Below the pieces are notes generated by a model, which was not told the DNA's origin, did no database searches, and saw only the letters and a list, made by a program, of their open reading frames with translations. A stretch of DNA of 64,000 bases from Macrostomum lignano (Eukaryota), in assembly GCA_002269645.1 (NCBI GenBank), contig NIVC01002108.1, forward strand, positions 1 through 64,000, in the 5' to 3' direction. The first letter of the stretch is position 1, and each line of letters opens with the position of its first letter. Of the stretch, positions 50,693-61,600 are shown one piece after another. Made by a program: the position numbers and the translations under genes.

Positions 50693-52490
50693 TCACTGGA
50701 AGACCAGGCCGATCCCGAACCGGTACTGATGCTTGACCTGGTGCGCCAGGCCGCTCAGAGCAAAGGTGAAGGGAAACGGCGCCAACTTCTTCTCCATAGT
50801 AGCGGCCACAACCCATTCGGTGTCAATGCGGGCCTTGAATGTGAAGCCGCTCTTCGGCATCTCCCACTGGTATCCGATGTTGCCTAGCGAGGCCCGCTGG
50901 CTCAGGTCCACCTCCCAGTCGGACACCAGCTGCAGCTCATTAGTGAGCTTGCGCAGGTAGGAGGCGTGGAAACTGCCATGCAGCGGAGTGGCAGACAGGT
51001 TCAGCTGCCACTTGTCACCAGCTAGGCGGGCGCCAAGGCCCAGCACGGCATTGTAGCCACCGGGGATTCGAGGGTTGCAGCCCACAATGGCCATGCCGCC
51101 TACAGCGTGCCGGCCGAACACCGTGTGCATGTAGTCAGCCACCACTGTGCCGCTGCGGTGCTCCAGGTCCACATTGGCCACCGTCACGGCCAGGTTAGCC
51201 TTCGGCCAGCGGAACTCGTTAGTGAGCTGGGTGGCCAAGTTCTTGCCCTGCTTGAGCTGGGAGACCAGCTTCACTCGCCACTGCTCAGCAGGCTGGTGAA
51301 TGATTTGACCGTTCAGGTCGCCCCCGGCTGGGCTGAACTCGCCCAGCAGGATGGGGTAAACCTCCGACTCGGAGTACTTCTTGGTGCCAACAAATGTGAT
51401 GCCGTATTTGTAGCCAGACTGTGACGGGTCGATGCTGCTCATCACCACCGTGTGCGAGGCCTGGGGAATTGCAGGTGGTGACTTAATTTGGGATCATTTT
51501 CCCAAGGCATTGGTTCACAGCTCGGGTTTGGGGAATAGGGATAAATATCCCCAGATATTGGTATAGAGCTTGGGATTTGGGGAATAGGGATAAATATCCC
51601 AACACACTGGTGCAGAGCTTGGGATTTGGGGAATAGAGATAAATATCCCAATACACTGGTGCAGAGCTTGGGATTTGGGGAATAGAGATAAATATCCCAA
51701 TACACCGGTACAGAACTTGGGATTTTGGGAATAGAGATAAATATCCCAATACACTGGTGCAGAGCTTGGGATTTTGGGAATAGAGATAAATATCCCAATA
51801 CACTGGTACAGAGCTTGGGATTTGGGGAATAGAGATAAATATCCCAATACACCGGTACAGAGCTTAGGATTTGGGGAATAGGGATAAAAATCCAAATACA
51901 CTGATACAGAGCTCGGGTTTTGGGGAATAGGGATAAATATCCCAATACACTGGTGCAGAGCTTGGGATTTGGGGAATAGAGATAAATATCCCAATACACC
52001 GGTACAGAGCTTAGGATTTGGGGAATAGGGATAAAAATCCAAATACACTGATACAGAGCTCGGGTTTTGGGGAATAAGGGATAATTATCCCGAAATTGAA
52101 GAAATAGAGAATAATTGTGAGTTTGAAATATGAACAGCAGTTTAACGCACCACTTACCTGAAAATGATTACTCAATGGTTTATTAACAACCAGCTTTCCA
52201 CCATCGAATGGGGTAGGAAACAGGTCCTTGACCTTATTGTGCAGAGTCTCATTGGTACCCGGATTCAGTGCATACTTGTCCTCTGGCACAGCTGCCAGAA
52301 TAGGCGCACTGCCCGATTGGCTGTCATCAGTGCCAGCTCCCACTTGACCAGGTGAGGATGAGGATTTTGGCACAAGGGTGACGCCACCAGTAGTAGAATC
52401 TCCAGCTGCTGGCGAGGCTGACATGGGTGCCCCCAACTGCTGCGGCTGATTGGGGGCAGAGCCTCCACCAGTACTGGATGCATTGCCCAT
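50693..52490 (-). CDS. TOMM40: Mitochondrial import channel Tom40
   Basis: Exons 52490-52158 and 51460-50693 (phase 0). NPGT.E.LH...[20 protein letters not shown]|[38 protein letters not shown]. Confidence 0.93.
51525..52080. repeat. 50-bp minisatellite (GGAATAGAGATAAATATCCCAATACACTGGTGCAGAGCTTGGGATTTGGG), TOM40 intron
   Basis: About 11 copies. Confidence 0.95.
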
Positions 52491-53065
52491 TGCTTATATA
52501 TATAGCTTGTCTTCTTTAAAACTCAAACTGCCAATTCTGATTAGAAAATAGAAACTCTCTAAGCATAAAGAACATGATTAAAAAATTATGAGATCTAGAA
52601 TTCTATCAAATTTTATGATATTTTGCGTGTCAATGAACCCCATTTGGTTACAAAGGGCTAAGAAAGTTTATCTATAGAATCAAAGGTTTTAATGTTTTTA
52701 TAATTTTGAGTTTTAAGACTTTTAAGAGTTTTAATATAGGAAATAAATACAAGAATTATATATATATATATATATATATTCTATCTAAACCCCACTATAT
52801 CCAAAACTTGCTTTGGTTATATCCATAGCTATGGTAGAACTTGAGTAATTTAATATATTACAATATTTATAGTACCTATCAATCCCAATAAAAACCTAAT
52901 AAATAAAAATAAATTAAAAGATAATGCTGCTAATATATAGCCTTATAGACACATATAACTTAGATATTTACCATCATTTTTGTTTTATATCAACATATAA
53001 AAAGTTTTTTGACAAAAAATTTATTACAATCAGTATTTACAAGTGGCATTCTATACATACATGAG

Positions 53066-53217
53066 CAACCTTGGGAATCACTCAGCTGTTTCTATTGGCA
53101 ACACACACACATGTAAGTTGCTATTGGCTAAGAACAGTCATGTGATTACTGTTCCATCCAATAGTGACTTACATGTGTATGTTGCCGATAGAAACGGCCG
53201 GGTGAATCCCTAGGTTG
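53066..53217. repeat. Imperfect 152-bp palindrome (fold-back / MITE-like)
   Basis: Left arm CAACCTTGGGAATCACTCAGCTGTTTCTATTGGCAAC...ACATGTAAGTTGCTATTGG pairs with right arm CCAATAGTGACTTACATGT...GTTGCCGATAGAAACGGCCGGGTGAATCCCTAGGTTG. Inner stem GAACAGT/ACTGTTC. Confidence 0.8.
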
Positions 53218-53607
53218 TGCCTAAGCATGATTCTGTATGACCCTAAGAAATCACAGACTTCTTGAACTTAAGGTATGTAAAATACTTGATTTTCCTATTT
53301 TTTTGAAACTTTTGCCAGAGTCTTAGAGGCTGTCCAAAATGATATAAAAGCAAAAAACTGCAAAAACTACCTTTATAGTTAACAGGAGCTCAATTTTTTA
53401 ATCCCTATGTAATTAGTGATAATTTGATGCAAGCAGTTTTGGATAATTGTATGTTTGAGAATAAAACTTTTTAGAATCATGAATTTTAAACATAAATTTG
53501 AAAGTTTCATTCAAAGTCTTTCAAAGTTTTAAAGTTTCAAATTTAAAAGTTTCAAGTTTGCTTCATTACATTCCCCCAGGCCCCCTAGACTCCCTCAGTC
53601 TACAAAT

Positions 53608-54070
53608 TTATCTACCTAATCTACAATAGACCCCCATGCCTCTATTGAAGTTTAAGTACATAAAATCCATCTCTATGAAGATTCTCCCCACCCTAAAACC
53701 TCATTCCCCATGCCTTGGTGGTTTAGTGGTTGGTGGTTGTTAGCTACCCCCCCCTATCAGACCCCCTCTCAGGTTCCCCCCTTGGGTTTGGAATTGATCT
53801 ACCTAATCTTCAATAAACCCCCATGCCTCTATTAAAGTTTAAGTACATAAAATCCGTCTCTATGAAGATTCTCCCCACCCTAAAACCTCATTCCCCATGC
53901 CTTGGTGGTTCAGTGGTTGGTGGTTGTTAGCCACCCCCCCCTTATCAGACCCCCCCCCTTGGATTTCCCCCCTTGGGTTTGGAATTTATCTACCTAATCT
54001 TCAATAAACCCCCATGCCTCTATTGAAGTTTAAGTATATAAAATCAATCCGCATGAAGATTCTTCCCAAA
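53608..54070. repeat. About 187-191 bp tandem repeat (2.5 copies, plus a diverged copy near 54520-54635)
   Basis: CCCCCATGCCTCTATT.AAGTTTAAGTA...ATGAAGATTCT recurs at about 53631, 53818 and 54009. Confidence 0.85.
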
Positions 54071-56491
54071 ACCTCCCCATTCTCTATGCCCTGTTTTTGG
54101 TAGTTTTTAGTAGAAGTTGGACAGGATTGAAATCTTTGGGTTTGGGATTAGGTTTTTTAGTGTATAGTAGTTTGTAGGTCCATATAAAGTTAAACAAAAT
54201 TAAGCAAAAAATGTCAAGATCAAAAGTAAAACACAACAAAATTGATGCAAAGTTTTGTAACAAAGAAAGTAATAATGTAATGAATACAAGTTAAAACAAA
54301 TTACATTTAAGTAATCACTAATTCTATAAACTTTTGATCAAAAGACCTGTTCCCAATTTTTGTGTTTTTTAGGAACAGGATCCTGGTCCCACAGGAATAC
54401 AATTTTCCTTGGGATCCTGGGATTTTTTGGATTGGGATCCCATTCAACCTCTAATTGTTAGCCCCTCCTCTTATCCCCACCCTATCCCCTAAGACTTGCC
54501 CTCTCCTCTCAGCCTCCAAATTTATATACTTAATCTTCAATAGACCTCCATGCTTCTATAGAAGTTTAGGTTTTTTCATGTACAATTATTCCCTATGAAG
54601 ATTCTCCCCACTCTAAAACCCCCCATTCACCATGCCCCAGTGGTGGGCTTTAAGCTACAATAAATGAAGCTCCAATTTGAAATCAGTACCATCAAAAACC
54701 TTTTTGGAGACATAATTATGATCCTTTCAAAATTGCAACTATTTATATCTACCTAAAGTTTAAGAAGTCCAAAAGCAGGTTTAGATGGACGAAATGCATC
54801 GGCAACTCAAATAATACTTCATGTTGATATTTACCTTTATTTATCATATAGATATATTATTAAATTGAAAAATTCCAGTTTTAGGAACAAAAAGGCAGTT
54901 TTGTACAGCTAGGCAAGCTAGGCCTAGCTACATACCTACACGGCTACAGGCACAGCCCACAGGCTACATTCACTTCACTACAAACAACGCAGTTATATGA
55001 GAAGATTTCTGAAAATATAGCTAAATTTTACTTGATTTTTTAAGAGTTTCTGGATCCGTACGTCAATGTTCCTTGACATGACCACTGACCAGTATCATGA
55101 GGGCAAGACATTAATTGTCGCAACATTTTGGTTGTTTGTTTTATATTCAACTTCCACGTAACAATGACGTAATAATAATAAAAACTATAAACTAGTAGTA
55201 GTAAGAGAATTTGGCTCAGGCAATTAGCCTGTTTGGCCAATATATTATAGAGCTATGTATTTGGAATTTTCGAATATAGAAGTTTATAAAGACGGTTTGA
55301 CGACGATTTGCTGAGTTATTGTAAAAGATAAAGTATTTGAAAGCGCGCCAGAATTTTTACGGTATTTTTAGACGAAAAGTGACGACTAACAACTAACGAG
55401 TATAAATATTAATACAAAAATGAAACTACAATACTATTAATACAAAAATACAAAACTACAAAATACGATATCAGTTTTTAAATTTGTAGTGCCGATTAAA
55501 ACAAGGTTATACGTATGCTTTTTGTGCTGATAGCTTTGTGAAACAAAATAATAATAAAAACAGTATTTGAAGCTTATTAAAGCAAAAAAAATAATTAGCT
55601 GTTTAAACAACTGCTGTATATAAATGTCGTTTAATCAGATTTTTAAGTTACATATTTTCTAAGAAAGCTGCCTTTATAAAAAGTTACTACTACTAGGTAG
55701 TGCGATTTGATTTGATTTGATTGTATTCTGCTCCCTTGGAGTGTTGTTGATCTTTATCTTACTAAGCTAATTATGCAGTGTCGAGATTGTATCGTAACTT
55801 TCAAAAAGAAAATCGAATTGATAACAGAAAATAATTTGCATAAAACCTCGTGAGCAGGAAAAAATAATGACATTTTACGCTTGTATTTTTGTGTGTCTGT
55901 TTTTATTACTTGCAAAACAAGTTATATATATTTCCAGTTTGTACATGACACTTCAATTTATAATTTTAATATTTTTTCAATCACCAAAAGACTGGAAAAC
56001 TGTACAAATTGATAATAGGTAAATTGAAATTATATCAGTTGGTAATGGTATCGTAGTGAATAGTGCATATACAGTACAAAGTAGTAATTGGGACTGGGTT
56101 AGCTAGCAGTTCGCTAGCTAGCTAGATAGCACAGTTAATAATAGACTTTTATGAGCTATTTCTAATATTTTTGTGTAATTTTCACAAAAGTAAAGTTTAA
56201 ATTCGCAACAAAATGTTTTGTTAACTATAAGCTGTGTATATTACCTAGAAATATATACTCGTAGATATAGTTTTAGATAAAAAAATTAGTATGTGGAAAC
56301 ACAGCTTCCTTGTACCTAGAAAAGTTGGCGTGGCATGTATAAAGCGCACCAATTGTGCGACGTCTTGCGTGCATGATTTAAAAAAGTCTATTTCAGACCG
56401 GTATTCCATTGCTCGTACTTTTCGATATTGCAGGCATAAAATTAAACAATACATATTTCAGACACTGGCTTATGATCAATCTGGGGCAATA

Positions 56492-58007
56492 ATGATAGAA
56501 GAGCTTCCAAAGTTACCACCCCGACAATGGGTATCAGTGTCTCAGCATGCAACAGAGGAAACGTTCACGCTGGCCTCTTATAACATTTTATCGGAACAGC
56601 TGCTCAGAAAATCGTCATATTTTCACAAGATCAAGCCGGAGAATTGGAATCGCGATGTGCGTCACCTAAGGCTAATCACTGAACTCGAAAGTCTGAACAC
56701 CGATCTACTCTGTCTGCAGGAAGTCGACAGGGACTACTGGGTGCAACATTTGGAGACGGACTTGCGACTGCGTGGATTCACAATCTGTGCCTGCAGTTGG
56801 CGCAGCGCTGCTCCAGTCGAAGGTGTCGTCATTTGTGCCCAAGACGCTACTTTCCGACGAGTAAACGTCGCCAAAGAGAGTTCGGGTTTGAATGACGGCG
56901 GCTGTCTGTCAGATTTGGTGACGGCTCGATTGCTGAATGCCCGACAGCCGGACTTTGAAGCGCTCTCTGAATACGCATCGGCACCGCAGCGGTACTGCCT
57001 CCTGCGACTCGAGCATAGGGCCACTGGGCGTCAGTTGACTATCGGTAGTGCTCATGTTAGTTATCAAAGACCTCCGAAGCCAGACCTACGAGCAGCTCAG
57101 GTGCGTTAATGTAGCTCACCTATAGACCTACATGTCAGCTACCTCATGCTAACCTCAGGCGATAGTGACTATGAGATTGCATACTAATAAAGTGTACACC
57201 AAAACTATATAAATGCATAATTACAGTTGAACTATACCTGATATTTAAGAATGGGGGGCAGAACAGCGATAGACCCCACGGTACAGAGTGTGCATGCCGG
57301 ATGATGCCAGAGAAATTCAGGGCCAATGTAGCTCGTATGAGCGCAAATTTGCCTTGAACCTCGGAATCTCAGAAATTCCTTTTAGTTGTTGGCATCCCAG
57401 CGTTCCCCTGAGCTTAAGCGGAGAAACAAAAACGACTCTGCCTTGTGGGTTACATAGAGTTGCTGTATTCCCCCTTGATTCCAGTCCTAGGAGGCACTGT
57501 AACAAATTCAGACTGATTATATAATTCCTTCTCAATCCCGCAACCAATGATTGCTAGGCCGTTGCCATGATTGCGGAGACCGCATCAGCCGCAAAAGGTG
57601 GTGCATTTTTGGTCTGCGGCGATTTCAATTCCACGCCAGACTCCCTAGCCTATCACTGCGTCGTGCGCAAGACAGGAGAGTACACCAGTTCTTCCTGGGA
57701 GTCTTTGCAGAAACAGCAGCTACCTTTGATGAAGGTTTTATTAGGCGAGTCTGGCAAGCAATTTTGCCGAGGACAAAGCATTTCCAGCGCCTATCTGGAC
57801 GTACTTGGCAGCGAGCCAGCCTGCACTCTAAACCTGACCAACAACTCCGGCTGCGTTGACTTCATTTTCTACGAATTGCAACACCTGCGGCCCCTGGCTG
57901 CACTGGAGGTGCCTTCTTGGTACATTCAGCGGGACAAAGACTGCACACCTGATCACAATTTAGCGTCAGACCATTTGAGCATAGCTGCCAAGTTCTCGTT
58001 TGTTTAA
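56492..58007 (+). CDS. EEP-superfamily phosphoesterase, CCR4/Angel/nocturnin/PDE12-like
   Basis: Exons 56492-57100 and 57558-58007 (phase 0). Motifs SYNIL, LCLQEVD, CGDFNSTP, VDFIFY, SDH. The start codon is tentative (acceptor at 56461 upstream). Confidence 0.85.
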
Positions 58008-58637
58008 ATTCGATAATCAAAGTGACAACCACAAGCCTAATCTGTAATATTTGTTTTAATACATGCTTCATACCTTGATTACAACTTTAACTCTAACTGT
58101 AAATTAATGCTTTTTATACACCAATTTGAACCGATGCCGATAGTCTGAGAATTGTCTGCGTGGCTCTACACTTGATGATTTTTTTATTCACATAACAATG
58201 ACAAATAATTGGTCTCATCATTGATTTCCGTTATAACGTAGGTCTTATTGACAAAAATATTAAAAAAATGATTCAGTGATAATTTTAGCGACCTCTACCT
58301 GTCCTAAGCGATATTCTAAGAGTTTATGAGACAATTTGGGTAGGACAAGTTAAAACAATTGCTTAAGTTAAACAAAGATTCCTCATGCGACTGCCACATC
58401 ATTCAATTGTCTGGACGGAATGAAGATCCGGTGAAAAATTAGCATTTTTACCTAAATACGAGTATTTGGTAACGCGTGCAGAAACTGTTTGACGCATAAA
58501 CAATCTCAAATATATTAAACTCTGCCAGTTTAATTGTGACCAAAGTGTGACCGAATTGTGACCAGTAATTGTGACCAGTAATTGTGACCGAAGCAAACCA
58601 TTCACGTGAGTAGCTCACAATTTTGTCTTGAAAGTTG

Positions 58638-61600
58638 TCAGACAATCGGCTCCGGTTCTGTTTCGACCGGATTTTCATCGCTTCCTTGGACTCCCGTTGA
58701 GTTGATGTAGACAGGCGAGGCTGCCAGGTCGGCTCTGGGCCTCACCGGAAGCTGGCAGTAGTCGTAGATGGAGCTCTCCAGCTCATCGCCTCCCGACTCG
58801 AGCGTTGATGTCAGACTGAGCCACAGGCTGTCCTGGTCTGCTTCATACTCGAAGGTATTGTCAGAACTTCTCTCGCGGCGGCGGCCGCCACCTCGGCGCT
58901 TCCGACGACCCTCTGGCAGGGGTCGACGACGGCGCCAGCTGGCCAGACGCTGCAGGCACCGGTGGATCATGCGGTATTCACGAGCATCAATAGCCGCGTC
59001 ACCGCCACATCGACGTTGGCGCCGTCTCACTACAGCGCACAGGTCGGCGTAGCCGTCCTCGATCAGCTGATGCCAGGTTTGCGCGGCGACAGCGAGGAGA
59101 CCGCAGCGGCGCGTATCGGCGTCGACAAGAATGCACTGGCCTTCGACAGTGTCTCTAGAAGCAGCCGCTGTCAAAGCAGCCACAGCGTTAGCCAAATCGG
59201 CTATTGAAGAATCTTCATCAAAGCTATCACCGTCAACTGGAGCAGATTTCCAGCTCAGCATCAGTAGCTCTATCTTTGATGATGCATCCTCTGTACCAGG
59301 AGTTGTTGAGCCTTGAGTTCGCGGACGGATGATAAGCGTGCGACTCTTGTGACTGTTGCTGGTATCGGCGTCAGGTTTGACTGCAGGAAAACTTATCTGT
59401 AAGACGTTACAGGCATGGCATTAAAAAACAACAAAAAGCGATGTCTTGGCTGAAGCATCCTCTTTTATAAAGATTGAAGCATCCAAACCTGTAAATCCGG
59501 CAGCTCAAGCGTCGGTTTCTGCTCGCCGCTGTCAGACGCCAGTAGTGCACTGGCAGGCAGCACTGACGCCGTGTTAGCGGCTGAGCTGTCCAGAATGGCC
59601 ACTATGATAGCCTGCCGATGGAGCACGTCGAGCCAGAAGGCGTTGCGACTGGCAGTAACTGCAGCAGCGTCGTCGGGCTTCACCGTCGATGGCGGTGCGA
59701 AGCAAAACACGACTTCTGCTTCTCTGTGGTTGTCGAAGGTGACTTTAGCGGTGCCGCTGACTGCTGCTGCTGACTTGGGCTCGTCCAAAACTGGTCCCAG
59801 TCGGGTCAGCAGGTCCAGCTGTTCCTGCAGTGCAGTCATTGCTGACGGCATCACACGGCGATCAAATGCTGCCATGAAGGCGTCAATGGCACTGACGGAG
59901 GGCACCGCTAGGAAGCTGCGTCTTAGGAAGGCTTCGAAAAGAGCATCGTAGAGAAGAGCGTACTGGCGAGCGTCGGGCAGGGCGTTTGGACGGCCCCGGC
60001 GGAGATCGCGAGCGCACTGTTAAATCGGTGAGGGAAAATAGAGGTGCAAATACTTTGTTTAGTGTTTCATTTTCTGATATTTTCTTTCCTGACTGTACAG
60101 TCTCACCTTGCAGACGCTGACACTGCCGTTTTCTCGTGCCGCCTGCTGCAGCAGCCAGTCGAGTCCGATAAACACGCAGGTCGCTCCGATGCCTGTTCGG
60201 CAGTGCACCAACATCGGACCGTCCTCAATTCGAGCAGCCGACCGCACAGCGATGTACATGGCCACCAGACCCAGGGTGTCGGCTGCTCGACAGGCCAGCT
60301 GGTAGTGGGTCACCCGCATTCCGTTGACTCTCAATCGGGTGACGGTGAACTCGTGACGTCGCTGTCGAGACTCACAGCGAACGGTCACGCCGCCTATGCT
60401 TAGAGTCTGCCCAGCCGCCTCAGGCCAATATTGAAATGCCAGATGCTCCTGAAATCAGGATCGAATTGGTTTATCACATGTAGTTGAATTAGGATATTTG
60501 ATGTAACCTGTAGTTCTCTCTCACCTGACTTCCACCAGCTGCCACCACCTGAGCAACATTCTGCTCCAGCACGGCTCTCCAGAGCAACTCTGCCGACCTG
60601 TCATCCATAGGTGACTGAGCAGCAATGTAGGCGTCCCGTCTGACATACCCCTTCATTACTGACGCATTGTAGTATGCATCTTCGTCTCCTTTGAAGGTCA
60701 CTCGATTGTAGTCGTAGGGGAAACACAGCGGAGTGGCGTTCTTCGACGCGTTCTCCAACCGCCTGGCGACTTCGCACTGTCTGTGCGGCTGGTGACCGCG
60801 CGGCAGCGAGTCGAATTCAGCCTGGAATGTAGCGGAGGAAGTTTCCGTTGACCGGTGAACTCACACACCTTCAGCCAGGTGTGCATTTATTCTAGCTTTC
60901 TCATTGCCAACGGAACTCCCGTGAGTTCGCTCTCACGAGAGGGATACACTCATACTTCTAGTATTTTTTGTCACCTGGAAGCTCAGCTGGCCATCAGATT
61001 TGGTCAGATCGGCTGTGCCGTGAGAATTATCCGGAGTAGCAGATGACGCAATCGGACCGCTTAGCACTGGTCGACGCGGCTCGATAAGGTCCGTGATCGG
61101 AGTCCAGTAGCGCGCCGACCTGGGCTCGGCCAAGCTCACCTGACCCCCCATAGTTGTCATGGCAACACCAGGCGGCGGTAGCTTTTTCTCGCTTGGAAAT
61201 CGTCCGCGCAGCCGGCACCACAGCACCGCGGCAGCGATGCAGAGTGCCAGAAAGAGAACAATGCAGAGAGCCACGATGAGACCCATGCTGTCTGCTGGGC
61301 CAGGCGGAGCGGAGGTCGCTGCAGTTGTCGGTGGCGAAGTGGCTGAACTTGTTGCTGAAGTATCCGCTACAGTGGAACTCGCTGAAATCGAGTGCATGAG
61401 TCGCAGAGTTGTACGCTAGTGTCAAAGAAAATTCATACACTGTATTGAATAAATAAACCTAGATAACTTTTTGTCTAGCCCATTCAAAGCGTGCTCTTTT
61501 GCTTGGAAAATAAGCTCGTAAGTAAAATCTCACGAGTTCCAGAAGTTGTTGCGGCGTCTGCTGTTGTAGTCGCACCATCAGTTGACGGTTTTTCTGTACC

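Noticed and set aside
56291-56461. ORF-track start of the EEP gene at 56291
   Set aside because: AT-rich, no similarity to the family, and it ends in a good acceptor (ATTTCAG); probably intron or outron.
57250-57520. Possible intronic snoRNA or other structured ncRNA in the EEP intron (GC-richer block, ATGATG ... CTGA)
   Set aside because: Box C is imperfect, the span is too long for a typical C/D snoRNA, and I recognise no terminal stem or guide. An Infernal/Rfam search would be needed.
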